Origin: Oculina patagonica
Taxonomy: Eukaryota
NCBI RefSeq assembly: GCF_052425735.1
Contig: NC_135760.1
Location: forward strand, 28,883,074-28,947,073
Length of the DNA: 64,000 nucleotides
Reading direction: 5' to 3'
The notes below the pieces were generated by a model. It had not been told where the DNA came from. It searched no databases and worked only from the letters and a program-made list of their open reading frames with translations. A program made the translations under genes and the position numbers. Shown here piece by piece: positions 38,312 to 51,007 of the stretch (positions are counted from its first letter, which is position 1; every line of letters begins with the position of its first letter).

Positions 38312-40304
38312 CGCGAAACGAAAAACAGTTTCTATATTTAGTAGCTGAAATGATAAGTTAAATTATGTATGACACGTAAGCTACTCTTGTAACAGCTGGG
38401 ATTGAGGAAGTCCCTCGTGTCTTGCTAATATTTAGCTTAAAAGATTATTCAAGTTTCATGTCTTTAAAAAGGAAGACACTTATCAAATCATTTTACCCGT
38501 CCCCCTGTTCTCACGGGGGAAGTGGTCGCACCAAACATGGTGCTTATTAAAAATCAAAGGAAGGTACAGCAGCAATATTTTTCAAAATTTTCGCAGTAAA
38601 ACGCGAAGATCAAGTCAATCGTGCGCTGAGTCTTTCGATTGACCGTGAAAACTGTTTTTTGTTACAAAATTGGAGCCTATTTACCGTAGCAGTCAGCTTC
38701 GCTGCTTCTTGCAAAAAATTGATAGGTTGAAAAAGACTCAATGTCTTTAGTGAACCTAATGACAAAAAAATCAATAACAGGAAATAGAATCCTGGATTTA
38801 ACTTGGTTTTAAATTTAACTCGAACTTCTGGTTTTGTTTTGAATGTTCAAGTCGCACATCCTAAGTGAACAACGTTAATGTAAATAACTTCACAGCTTTT
38901 TAACAGGTCGAAGCTTAGTTTTGTAACTTACGAAAATGACATTCGTAACATAGTTAGTAGAGGGGACTGGTTATGAAACCCGCCGAACTTCAAAGAAATA
39001 ACTCTTTGTTATGGTTTTTGCGCGGTCACGTGACATTGACATCGACTGCCTCGTCCCCAGGCGCCGATTGGCCAGACGTTGAAGCAGTAAGGCGGGAAAA
39101 CAGGAAGCCCACAACGCCAAGCGAACCGTGCACGACCAAGGACGAGGACGCCTCGGGACGAGGCAGTCCGTTCGAAGCGTGGTTGAATCAAGTTTGATAG
39201 TTGGCTTGTTCTGGTTGAAAATGGGTCAAAAACCGCATTTTTTTACAAGATAAAAGATCGTAGATTGCAATACCCAACTCCTCTACTAACTAAGTTCGTA
39301 ACGAACAGATACCAAACTTTCAGGATTTTTGTTTGTCTTCTCAGATACCAGCTCAGTTTAGTCAATTCTACGGGAGTGTAATCTTAAGACATAAAGTGAC
39401 TTTGTTGCAGTTGGCCCTCGAAGCTTATTCTAACCATTAACTTATTCATGAATAAGGACAATGCTATTGGTATTATTTGAACATTCAGTCATATATCAGC
39501 AGCCAGACGTGCTTTCAACGATGTATATATCGTTATTAAAAAGTCTCAAAAAAGATTTAAAATTTAAATGATGGAATGTTGATTTTAAGGGCAATTGAAA
39601 CAATTTTTTTTGTGTAGTCAATATTGTTTCACGAGTGGTTTGGAAGATTATTCTTCGTAGCCGTCTTCTTTGACCGTTTACTCGCAGTCCAGGGAAGACG
39701 GCTGGGAAGGGGCCCGGTCCCTCTCTCCTCCGCAGAGGTTCCCGATGGGGCGTTCGTTGTAAAAATCCCCTGGGCAAGGTGAGTGCAGGCGCAAAAGATC
39801 GAGATCCACTTCGCGGCCGCTCTCGCCGTTTTTTTTCGCCTGCACTCTTTTCGTACAGCGGACTCTCCCCACCGAAAACCACTTTGAGGAGCCTCTGCGG
39901 AGGAGAGAGGCCCGGTCCCCCTCCTTATTTTCAGGCCAAACCAAGGCCTGTAGGGCTGAGAAAAATTATTTTTGAGAGCGGGCCCCCCTCTTATCCAGTC
40001 AGGATAATCGGGGCTCCCACTTACCTGAAGGTCTGGATTCGCCACTGTTTTGTACCATATCACCTCTCGCGCTCTGAAACTTTTCCTTTCCTATTTCTGT
40101 AAAAGTGAGTTCCTGGAGCTGCACACTTAATTTATTAAATACAGCTACAGATGTAGATCAAGAGAGGATCATTTTCTCTTGTGTAGATGTATGAGATTTT
40201 TAAAGAAATGTTTCTTTCCAGGAATTTAAAGCTGATTTCCAGTCCGTACTGCGCAGACTCAGGGTTTCTTTTCATTTTTGTTTTGAATTCGTTGAAACGT
40301 TACA

Positions 40305-41330
40305 CTTCGGTGATAGTGTACAGTATGTGGTCCTTGGTCCGTGAGGTCCTTGGTCCGCGACTTTTTCGAATATGATTTAATATTTCCTCGATATCTAAAC
40401 TTCGGCAAAAAATGAATGTTTCCAATGATTCTTTGACTATTCTTCTTTGGTATGTTAAATTTTCAGCTTTTTTACTGTCAGTTACGATGCGAAATTCACG
40501 CTTGTCAACAGACAGGTAAATTTGCCTTTCTTGAAATTTCAACTTTTCGCGAGTCCGTTAATTACATGGTCGCGTTTACTAAGCTAGTGCATAGATAAAA
40601 CGCAACGGGATAACGTGTTTTTTTTGGAGAACAGGTTAATATATCAATAGATTTCAGAATCTGCGAAGAAATTTGCTGCAGAGTTGCAAATTTTCGGTTT
40701 AGCGACTAATAAAAGTTATAAACAATTTTCGCATATGGGTCCTTGGTCCGTGACTTTTGACTGTGAATTAAAAAAGTGTTCTAAAACAACGATCATTCAG
40801 AAAAATATTAAGTACTGGGTGCACGCATTGGTGCTACGGCATTTATCCTCGCTTCAAATGTTTCAAAATTAAATTGGAGAGTTATAAAGAGAAGAAATTA
40901 AGACGCGGGTTTCGTTGGAGACTTCGGTCTGAAAGAAATCTGAAGAATTATACTGGTTGTTTTATACTCGCACCTAACAACGACTTCCAGCAAGACTGAA
41001 GCTTAAAAATGTCAAAAATAGAAAAGAATAACTTAAATATTGCTAAAACATTGCAACTTTTTTAAAAATTATTGCGATTTACAGTAATTTTCACTTTGTT
41101 TACGTGACTCGCGGATAAAGGACCACAACCGCGGACCAAGGGCCAGCGAACACGATCACCTTTTTTCGAATTACAAGAAAAATACTTCATAAGGAAAGTT
41201 GCCACTCTGGAATTAACTCGAGAATCATAAAAGCTATCTTCAGGGAAAATTTCAGCCGATAATGTTTTGATTCAGGTAAGATATTCAAGTTTATCACTTT
41301 TATTCGCGGACCAAGGACCACATACTGTAC
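40305..41330. mobile_element. ~1 kb element bounded by inverted repeats (…CAGTATGTGGTCCTTGGTCCGCGA…), with nested copies of the same motif at 40738 and 41120
   Basis: 40308-40345 is the reverse complement of 41295-41330. This explains the mirrored peptide 'YSMWSLVRE' in ORFs 40187-40375(+) and 41300-41542(-). Confidence 0.5.
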
Positions 41331-42699
41331 ATGAAGTTTTTTAGTTCGCCATTACGGATCGTTTCGTTCAAGAATTCCCGATGAGCTAAAACGTCCGTTT
41401 GAAATACCGTCGAGCTTCTTTTACTCGTTATTATTGTTTTGCAAGGATATCTGGCGTTAATAATGAAGAAAAAGGTAAGTTTTGTACCGGAATTTTTATT
41501 TTTGCTAGTAAACATTCTTCTGTTTGTGAGACTCACAAACATTGCAGGCGGAGATTGCGCAGTACGGACTGGAAATCATCTTTAAGTACTCCTAGATTTT
41601 GTATCTCACTAAAGCCCTTGTCCATTCCATAATTTTAATTGGCGACTGTAGTACATTTTTACCTGAGTTTGTACTTTCTTATTTCCAGTAACTTTCTATT
41701 TCCTAAACTGTAAACTGAACACCGTACTCTTCATTGTTTTTTGGCTTCATGGTTCCTGCATCGTTCTAGGATTGAGGTGGCTCCTTTTTTACGATCGCTT
41801 GTCGCACGCAAAGGAAAAAATGTCATTCTCGACCCCAACCTGCACTTTACTGACTGCACAGGATACTGAGCTCTGGGACCCCAGCACCAGCTAGCCAAAT
41901 TAAGGTTAGTTATTATATTGCCTTCGCAGCAATTTAATCTCCAGCCTAAAGTTCGTTAATTGGTCAGCGGTGAGTCGCCGGGATGAACTCTGGGGTAATG
42001 GAATTATCTACCCACAGAATCCTGGGAATTCGTTTTTACTGCGCTTCGGAAGTCAAATCTACCAAAACAAGAGGGAATCGACAATTTAAAGTTATCCGCA
42101 AAGCATTATTGAGACCAAAAATCCGAAATTTACACCCTTAAGCGAGACGGCAAGCATCCCCGTTCCTTTTATATGCGACTCCCCCCCCGGGGAAATGCCT
42201 ACCGTCTAGGGGGAGGGGGGAGTCCCAGAATGGCTAACAATGCATCCCAATATACCAGACGCAGTGAATTATTTTATTATTTATCAGGCTAACAAATACC
42301 ACCAAATTTGAACTACCATAACAAAACATCAGAAACAAGGGAAATTTCAATAATCACCTTTAAAACAAATATAATAAAAAACTGCACCACAGCGACCAAC
42401 CGATGAGTGGTTACGGATCTATTAAGATCTGGATCAGTAACTTAGTTAAAACGGAAAATATAGACGGCAAACTGATCCTGACGGCTAAAGCGTTCAAAAA
42501 TAAACAAAGTGGATAAAAAACTATAATATATTGAAAAGAAACTTTGTTCTGTATTTCAGTTTGCAAAACAAACCTTCCTCGTGGGCTGGGCAAACCGAAA
42601 CTAAATCAGTAATTTTACCAAAGTTGTCAAAGTTACCAAAACGGTTTTCATTTCGTTAGACAAATTCATTCGCTTCATCTACAAGCCGAATTCTATCTG

Positions 42700-43230
42700 T
42701 TCTTGCCTTGTGGACATACATTATTAAGAGGAAATCCGCCAGGACTTCGAGTAGTTATTGGACAAAATTATGTACCAAAACTATTTACACCTGATTGGAA
42801 GCTTTTGTGTTACTGCTTCAAATATCTTATCGAAAGAAATCTTTTCTAACAACACCACACATCGAAAACACATTTTGAAGTTTCGCTGAATTCCACTGAA
42901 TCGCTTAAAAGATGTAAGCTTTTGCCCATAGCTTGTGAACTTTAAATATCATTTTCTCAGACTCGGATAAAAAATTGTTGTACCAGAATTATTTCCACCT
43001 TATTGCAAACTTTTTTGTTACTGCTTCAAATATCTTATCAAAAGAAATCTTTTCTAACAACACCACACATCGAAAACACATTTTGAAGTTGCGCTGAATT
43101 CCACTGAATCGCTTAAGACGAATTTACAAAATGGCTACACGTGAGATTTTTCCTATACCTTGTGAACTTTGAAATTCATTTTCTCAGACTCTGATAAGAA
43201 ATTGTTGTTGGTGTTATCACGGATAATTAC
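42700..43230 (+). repeat. Tandem duplication (2 × ~240 bp) of a repeat family; one inverted copy with TIR-like ends GGAATCCACCGGGAC at 47525-47890
   Basis: 42760-42995 versus 42996-43230 are ~90% identical. 47635 aacaccaacaacaatttcttatca is the reverse complement of 43195 tgataagaaattgttgttggtgtt. Confidence 0.7.
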
Positions 43231-43639
43231 TTAAGAACTTTGTGTGGGATAACTTGTAGTTGATTTGAATACGTTGGGTTCAGTAACAAGTTATTCCGAA
43301 CAAAAGTCAATGAATGCTTGTCTCCTTTCAGAGTGAAACGAGAACTAATACAAGCGGTAGTGTGTTCATTCGTTGAAATTTAATGGGTTTCTTTTTCACG
43401 GTAGATTTACTGTGTCTTCCACAACGCGTGTAATTACAACAACTCTTATAAACATAGGCACGCTGCGTGAGAGATTCAATTTATGGGGTGGGGGTGAAAC
43501 TGGTATGTCTGTTGGGATGGTTTATAGGGAAGACGGCCCCGTCATTGCAATGCTACAATCGTGATTTTACTCAGACTGTTTATCATTTCCATTAATTGAA
43601 AAACAAAAACTAATCAATTATCAATGTCAGGCTCTGTTT

Positions 43640-43960
43640 AGCGTTTGCAGCTTTGTGCACCGCGCGCCTTTGCTGCCCTTCCACTACATGAGACCTCTGA
43701 ACGAACCAACACGAACCCGCCAGCCAAACCCCCCCCTCGGCGCCTGGCGCCACGCACCCAAAGATACAAGTCAGAGCGCCCCCGAGACCGCAACAGCGTG
43801 CCGCCCGAACCGCGAGAGAGGGAGAGGGCGCGCGTGTGGAACCGGCGGAGCGGCCGGTGCGCCGAAGCGAGCGGCCGCGCGTTGGGCGCCGGCCCCCTTA
43901 GCCCACTAGACACGAGGGTGACAAACACACACCACGACCCACTGACGAACAAGGACACGA
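43640..43960. other. Isolated ~320-bp island of >70% GC (CpG-dense) in an otherwise AT-rich region
   Basis: cgcgcgcctttgctgccc…ggcgcctggcgccacgcaccc…ggccggtgcgccgaagcgagcggccgcgcgttgggcgccggccccc. Gives P/R-rich ORFs on both strands. No recognisable gene adjacent. Confidence 0.5.
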
Positions 43961-45595
43961 CGACAAAGAGTTTTTGAAAAAATAACTCAAAAATGGTTCA
44001 AAACTGTAACAAGCGGACTGTGTGGACTTTATCCACTAAAAGTTAGCTAAAGTTGAACTTATCAAACGTGAACAGATGAATATTTAAAGCTTGAAAAAAT
44101 CGTTTCTGTTATAAGCACAATTTTAGAATGAGTTTAAAAAACGTTGTTAAATTAAATTTCAACTCAGTAAGTTCAAATGACTAATTTGCAGAAAAAAACG
44201 AGAACACTACACGAACAGAGTTTAACTGTCTCGATTCCGTCAACAAATCCTTCATTAAATCTTTAAATCCGGATAAAAGGGATGTTGTTTGTTCCATTTG
44301 CATCCTCTGATTCTCTTGCAACTTTTTCATTGACTTTTCAAACCTTTCATTTTCCTGTTGAAGGCTTTTCTCCCACATTTCTTTGAACGCACTCCAGTCA
44401 TCTGTGCCAACATTCTCGTCACTTTTTCCTCGTTTCTTCTTCCCGTGATTCCTTACCACGCGCCTCGTTGCATCCACGTTTCATGCCAGCACTTGTTGAA
44501 GGTCTGTCTTCGTTTTCCGAGCTGGCGGTACTTGCGGAACATTCTTTCCTTTCCCTTGCCCCTGAAGAAGTGGGTTGTGGAGTACTTTCGGCATCGGATG
44601 CACTTGGTACAATTGAAGAACTTTCAATTTTCATCTTGGCGGGATCCACGCTGTCACGGTAGCCCATTGTTTGGTCAAAAATGCTGTAATAGGGAAAGTT
44701 CTCTTTGATTTATTCAGGCCTTCTTCGCCAGTTTTACTTGGCTGTTTAAATTCGTATTCCATTTTGCTGTCTCTTCTTAACTTGCGGCAAAGTACGCTCA
44801 CTTCCATCACAGCTGCTCTTGAAGTTCTCGTAAATCTCGTTCCAAATTACTGCGCGCACTCTGGCTGAGGATGACTTCAGTTTTTCGAAACGAGCAGCTC
44901 ACGCATGCAGAAGGTTTTTGTTTCCTGTACGCACCAGTCTGCAGATTTTGGTTTTGGCTTTGTTTTTCATTTGCTTTTCCTTTGGACGATTCTTTGCCTG
45001 GATTGTTTGAAGGAGTCGGCGGGATAAAGTGTATTTGTTGCGGCGCGAAGAAGTGGCCAGGTTGAAATAGTGGCTGCACGTGTGGCTGGTTTTGAAGAAC
45101 CGCATTTCGTGGTAGAAATGAAAACCGATGGTTAAAGCCGTCTCTGAAAAAAAGAAAGTTAAAATAGGATTATAAGTTTATTATAAGTCTAACCATATGC
45201 ATCGACTTTTCTTTTCTTTCTTTGTTAACTTACATAAAAGACTCTTGCTCCTCCGAACACCAGCCGTCCATTTTGAATTTCTTCTGATTTCAGCTGGCAA
45301 GTTGTTTTTCAGAATCGTGACAACGCTACACGCGCGCGCTTTCAGTTGGCTTCCATTTCCTATTGGTCAAGTGCGTTCTCAAGTGTGGTGTAGACCATAC
45401 TTGGCGGTGTACTTCGGCTTCTTTGAACTACGAAAGTTTCCATGGTCACCAAGAAAAGTTCAAGTAAGTACGTTTTACCCCTTCACACTCAAAGTAGGTT
45501 CCAAGTGCACTTAGACTATACTTATAAGCTCTAGTGTGAAGCCAAGTATTAAAAGCTATTTACATTAAAATATATGAAAAACTATTAAAAGCGAT

Positions 45596-45928
45596 CTATA
45601 CAATGTAATTTAAACTATTACATATAATAAAAGAATTTTTAAAACGGTCCGTCTTACATACAGGCGTGTCGAACACTCTCCTGTTTCGAAGTTGTTGGTT
45701 GTTGGTTGGCCTTTGAGGTAGCAGATTATCTAGTTTGTGTTTTTTTGTAGTTACAATGTCATTAAATTGGCTCTTAAAAAGCAAATCACGCCTGCCAGCT
45801 AGGGTAGGGATTCCGGCCTGTTCTAATGCCTTTCTGTATCCTGAATTTGGGAAAATTATACGCATTGCACGCCTCTGGATGCGCGCTAATTCCTCTGACA
45901 GATAGCCAGGAAGGCTGCTGTAAAACAA
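45596..45928 (-). mobile_element. Non-LTR (LINE) retrotransposon ORF2 C-terminal fragment (…LSEELARIQRRAMRIIFPNSGYRKALEQAGIPTLAGRRDLLFKSQF…)
   Basis: Carries the characteristic post-RT tail motif (L..IQRRA.R.I....Y..AL...G...L..RR......F) seen in jockey/CR1-like elements. No intact RT domain around it. Confidence 0.5.
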
Positions 45929-47323
45929 CTGGCATGACAGTGACTGTCAACATAAGTTTGAATGACAGGTGCCATTCACATTTGTGCCTGTGTGTGAATC
46001 ATTTATTATTACACTTGTGCTTTCAATGTTAGGTTCAAGCAGAGAGGGAGGGGGAGGGTACTGTAACTTGTGACCAGTCTCCTGGGCACGCTATTGGCAC
46101 GCGAACAACATATTAAAAAAATATATTTGTCCCGGACAGGCTTTCTCGAGCTTTTTATTGTCATGCCACATGAGCTACATATTGATAAAATATAAATCAA
46201 ATGTTGCAATGTTGAAAAAAATAAAACTAGGGTCAATTCAATAAAACATTTACACGTGTAATTTACAAGTGTAGCTTTTGTTTTCGACCTCTAAAACAAT
46301 AGCTCAACTTGCAAATTACACTTGTAAGTGTTTTATTGAATTGACCCCCGGATACAACAGCTATAGGAATAATCAACTTCTTACAGTAATAAAGTTCATC
46401 TCAATTACAAACTATTGCTAAATTACATTTGAAGGCTAACGCCCACATTTGTAAATATTTTAAATGCACGACCCCACCAGGCTTGCTGAAAATACATTGT
46501 GTTGAAATAAAGATGTTCATTCATATTTATTTTTGGCAACGTGATCTACCTAATTTGTTGTACAGGGCCGGGTTGTTCAAAAGACGATTAACCTAATCAA
46601 GGATTACCGTGAATTTTGATCAATTCGAGTTGTTTTTAATTTTCAGTAAGGTTTTCTGTTTATATTTTCTGTCCTCCCTTTACATTGACTAATCTCAAAC
46701 GCCACAAAACACAAGCTTCAAACAACTAGGCCAAGAGAGGTTATCATAACCACTGATTTTTTTTTTTTTGAAAAGTTGGTGGTCAGCTTTCTCTGGCTTT
46801 CTCGTGTTTACTAATTAACTAAGAAATATAAAAAACGCTTGTAGTGCGTATTGATCTTCGAGGCAGTTACATTTTGACACTCAGTGGAATGTGCTGCCAG
46901 ACTCTATCCGGACGAGGAGTTTAAGAGGAACATTCAGGGCATTTCCTTTGTTAAGATGCTTTTTGCTTTTATATGCATTTTTCGCTATGTATTTGTAAAT
47001 ACTAGTTTCTTCTGAGTGTAACGTATTTTTGTAACCTATTCTATTGTATTCTTGAAGATATTAGCTACTGATATTAACAATATTAGCTTTAAGCTACTCT
47101 AAAATTCGAGAGAAAATACAGTTTCTGTTATGTTATAACAGTGTGCTGCATTTATTTATAATTGCCTCATACACTAGCTAAGTATTTCGAAATACTGTCT
47201 AGTTCAGCTATTGAATGTTTTAAAGTCTAATATAAAATACTTGACAACATCACCATTTGTAAAACTTCTCTATGATTTGTAAGCAAGTAAAACAGGACAT
47301 GTTAAAATTTTTATTTGCAATAT

Positions 47324-47460
47324 TTATAGTGAAGATTTCATTCGACTGGAACTTTGAAACCTGGACAGCCTGAAAGGCAGCACATCATAGAGCACCTTCT
47401 CACCAAGAGCCATCTGTGACAGGATCTTGCCGACAACAGGCGCCATTTTAAATCCATGAC
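47324..47460 (-). CDS. PIPOX: PIPOX-like terminal exon (G)[44 protein letters not shown]
   Basis: Acceptor tatttgtcag|GT. Matches '[35 protein letters not shown]'. Ends -SSL, a PTS1-like variant of the -AHL/-SKL C-terminus. Confidence 0.85.
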
Positions 47461-47524
47461 CTGACAAATAAATAGTTCTAAGAGTATCACATTCAAATGA
47501 CAAATAACCCATTCCTATTATGGA

Positions 47525-47890
47525 ATTTGATTAATCCACCGGGACCTGGTTGTTCAAATTTAAATTGGTCACCTAATTTATATTCCAGCCTTTTTGAAAG
47601 CTAAAGATGTAAGTAATTATCCAGGACAACAACACCAACAACAATTTCTTATCAGAGCCTGAGAAAATGAATTTCAAAGTTCAAAAGAACCATGTAAACT
47701 AAAGGTAAAATCACACCTGTAGCCATTTTGTTAAATTGCTTTTAAAGGACTCAGCGGAATTCAGTGGAATTTCAAAATTTGTTTTTGATGTCTGGTGTTA
47801 TTAGAATTTTTTTTGATAAGAAAGTTTGTAATAAAATGTTACTTATTTTGGTACTTAATTTTGTCCAATAAATACTTGAAGTCCCGGTGG
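47525..47890 (-). mobile_element. MITE/SINE-like copy of the 42700-43230 repeat family, bounded by inverted GGAATCCACCGGGAC termini; immediately downstream of the PIPOX-like stop
   Basis: 47528 ttaatccaccgggacctgg versus 47868 gtcccggtggattcc. Confidence 0.5.
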
Positions 47891-47990
47891 ATTCCATCTT
47901 AAACTTCCAACTACCCTGTTATATGTTTACATACTGACTTATGTTGTGGTCACCTGTCATTTTTTGAAAATGTAATATTTATTCTCGTAC

Positions 47991-48066
47991 CTGAAAACCC
48001 AGCACCAATTATAATATTCTGGAATTCAGGGTGTCTATCCAGCACAAACAAGTGATCAGGAGTAAC
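47991..48066 (-). CDS. PIPOX: PIPOX-like exon 8 [25 protein letters not shown](G)
   Basis: Acceptor ttgtaatag|GTT and donor TCAG|GTACGA. Matches '[26 protein letters not shown]'. Confidence 0.8.
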
Positions 48067-48878
48067 CTATTACAACAAAGGCACAGGAATTAGATTGCAT
48101 CAGAGTCTGATGGGAGGCTGAATCTCCGTACCAAATTAAACTTGGTTGGGGAAAAGGGTCTGGGATCATTGATTCTTTGAAAATATGTTGGAACAGGATC
48201 TTCCAACGAATTTGTTATTTTAAGTGGGAAAACTGTGACATATAAGTGTGCCTGTGTACGACACTAAAAAATTCAAAATTTCATTTCAAGAGGGTGACGT
48301 CTAAATACATACTCAGCCACCTAGTCAACCTGCAAACGCTTGCTACATTTGAAATAAATAGAATTTTCAACATATAGAATATATTTAATTACGAAACAAT
48401 ATTAAAGTTCTGCTTATTTTCTTTTAGTAGTTTCTTTATCACAAAAACTACATGATTAACAATGGTGTCACCGCTGAGTGAAATACAATTTTGGAGAGAT
48501 GGTGATACTTTTCAGTGACTGAACTGGCAATAAAAACAAAAGCTTCATAGCTAAGTCAGCTAATATAAACAGAAATCATGTGCACAATAATAATTATTGT
48601 GTTGCATTGTTTTAAATGCTCGGTGCTGCTCGTGGTATTTTGTTAATGCATTCAGTTATTAAACTATAACTATGAAATATACCTAGCACAGATAAAGTGA
48701 AACTAAATCCCAATGCATTCCCAACTAAAGTGTTCAAAGCCATATACTCCTTTAAAGGGTTTACAAGAGGTTACAACAATGTTATTGCTGACAGTAAAGA
48801 CATGAACTCTCAGAATGCCAAGTTACACATAATAAATTTATTACCAAAAGTAATGTCACGGAGGAGGTCCACACTTAC

Positions 48879-49037
48879 CGAATAGATACAGGTCTCTACA
48901 ATACTTGGTTCTGGTTTTACGCCAGGAAAGTGAGTTTTAATGACTTTAGCCGTTATTTCGATGTTAACATCACTCTGTTCTGTTGGAGCATCCCTGCAGT
49001 CAGGATCAGGTATCTCTACACCCCTATGAGGACAAAC
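48879..49037 (-). CDS. PIPOX: PIPOX-like exon 7 VCPHRGVEIPDPDCRDAPTEQSDVNIEITAKVIKTHFPGVKPEPSIVETCIYS
   Basis: Acceptor ttctgtag|GTT and donor TTCG|GTAAGT. Collinear with '[53 protein letters not shown]'. Confidence 0.8.
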
Positions 49038-49374
49038 CTACAGAACAAAAAAATTGCCAGCAGGGTCGACAAGATCGAGAGACCTATTAAACTGCTGCTC
49101 ATTCTGTTAAAAACAAATGAATGTATGATACAACAACAACAAAAAGACATTTTATTTGTTCTAAGCATAAAAAACATACATTTCCACTCTCTGCAATTAT
49201 CAGGGCTATTCAAGGTGGTAGGCGAAGAAGAAAAGTATGTATGATAAAAGTCAACTGGATAACTGCTGTAAGTTTTACATAGCACAAAAAAGTTAATAAC
49301 AGTAACTTTAGTTATCTATAACTTATTTTATTTTTAACTTACGATTACTTATTTTATCTTTAGTGGAGGTTTAC

Positions 49375-49527
49375 CTTTATAAGGCCAGGATATTCAAACA
49401 CAGGAAATCCATAAACATGCATGTCTCTTATTCCAAAGGGAGTACAGAATATGAAGCCAGGAAATTTCTCAGAAGAGTACAAGTGAGGCTCAGTTACTGG
49501 CCAGTAACAAACACTCATTCGCTGTAA
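49375..49527 (-). CDS. PIPOX: PIPOX-like exon 6 LQRMSVCYWPVTEPHLYSSEKFPGFIFCTPFGIRDMHVYGFPVFEYPGLIK
   Basis: Acceptor ttgatttccag|TTA and donor AAAG|GTAAAC. Matches '[49 protein letters not shown]'. Confidence 0.8.
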
Positions 49528-49627
49528 CTGGAAATCAAACCACAACATGTCCATTACAATCTGAACAAGTGAAACCCAAAGGGTAATTCACAATGCCTAG
49601 TATAACCTATGAACCTCTACTCTTTAG

Positions 49628-49864
49628 GGGGGGACAGGGGGGCGGGAGCCCGAGAGAAAAGGGGCGGGAAGCGGGAGGAGAGAGGGCGGGAAGCGGGATT
49701 CTGAAGGTGGCGAGAACCGGGAGAAAACGAGTAAAATTTCGTAACATTTCACTATATTTCGCGATGGACATGGAACAAACCGGAGAAAACAGCTACGGAA
49801 AGGGCGGGAGGCGGGAGTAAAAGGTACGGGAGGCGGGAGGTTCTGACCCCCCTGTCCCCCCCCC
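49628..49864. mobile_element. MITE with G-rich TIRs (GGGGGGGACAGGGGGG… / …CCCCCCTGTCCCCCCCCCC) and 8-bp TSD CTCTTTAG (hAT-like TSD length), in PIPOX-like intron 5
   Basis: CTCTTTAG at 49620-49627 and 49865-49872. Internal GGCGGGAAGCGGGA repeats. Confidence 0.55.
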
Positions 49865-50579
49865 CTCTTTAGATATCTGGCTCTTTTTCCATCACCTACG
49901 TAGGATTAACTAATTTCAAAAACACAAAACAACATTTTAAAGACATGTTTCGGCATGACCCATGCCATCTTCAGTTTATTGAGAATTTAAAATCTAGGGC
50001 TATATATATACCCAAGCTACAAATACAAAAATATAAATGTATACAAAGTAAAACTACAATAACAAAAGATAACGGTAAAGCCGTTTCAAAGTGGCAGGTA
50101 CTGTCTAGAACAGTAATTGCTCACAGTGTGAGCTTTAGACCGTTACTAATAGAACAAAATATTTAAATAAATAGGTGTTGACATGCTGCACTTGAGTGGT
50201 TAAATTGGAAATAACTTCTCATCAAGTTGTTAATGCCCATGCAGTTGGAAGGAAAAGACTGAGGAGATAGTATATTGAACAGTCGCAACAGTGTTTCATC
50301 ACTTTCCACACTCCACAAAGTTCAGTACTTTGCTTAAATATTTTTGTAGACAGAATGTCCTTTTGCCTTCTTTTCAGTTATATCGATAAGGGGCATGTGG
50401 TATTCCTCTACAATTTTGGTGGGGTAGCCATAGATTGTGACATTCTTCTTTAAGAAGAATACCTACTTTATTTCAGGCTAAAAAGTCTAAGGACCTGCTT
50501 ATATCTATAACAAAGAATATCATGTTAGAAAAACAATTTTTCTGAGCTTGGTGTTAAATGTAAAAGATAATAAACCTAC

Positions 50580-50632
50580 ACTAAGTGGTATTGTAACCCC
50601 AAGAGGCTTCAGAACTCTGTTTGCCCAAGCAC
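50580..50632 (-). CDS. PIPOX: PIPOX-like exon 5 (G)AWANRVLKPLGVTIPLS
   Basis: Acceptor tctgcag|GT and donor TTAGT|GTAGGT (chosen for phase; an alternative GTAG|GTTTAT donor 4 nt downstream would break the frame). Matches 'PWTNQLLRPLGIEMPLQ'. Confidence 0.7.
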
Positions 50633-51007
50633 CTGCAGATAATATAAAATATGAGATTTACTAGCCTGACCACTAGCCTGACTGCAAAATCCACTTGCCC
50701 CAGGCTAGTGAACACTAACTTCTTTGCACACTGGGTTTAATTCCAAATAAGAAAAAAAAAATTAACAACAATTCACTGATTAAGTGCAGGTGGCGATCGA
50801 TGTAAATATCCACCACTAGCTACCGACACTGAGGTGAATAGTTGTTTTAGTATAGACTAAAACAGTGAGATAAAATTGCCCGAAAGAATCACTTTTGACT
50901 AGTTCTTTTCCTTCAAAGATTACAATTTTCACGTGCGCATTGCTCGGAGGTGAATAGCAAAGGATATCTACAGTAGCATGTGTACAGCCATACTGCTCCG
51001 CTCAAAA

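Noticed and set aside
39496-40102. Overlapping ORFs on both strands (128, 144, 88 and 107 aa) in a GC-rich block
   Set aside because: The block is a hairpin-forming inverted repeat (39700-39740 versus 39895-39930). The ORFs are P/R/G-rich mirror images of each other, so not coding.
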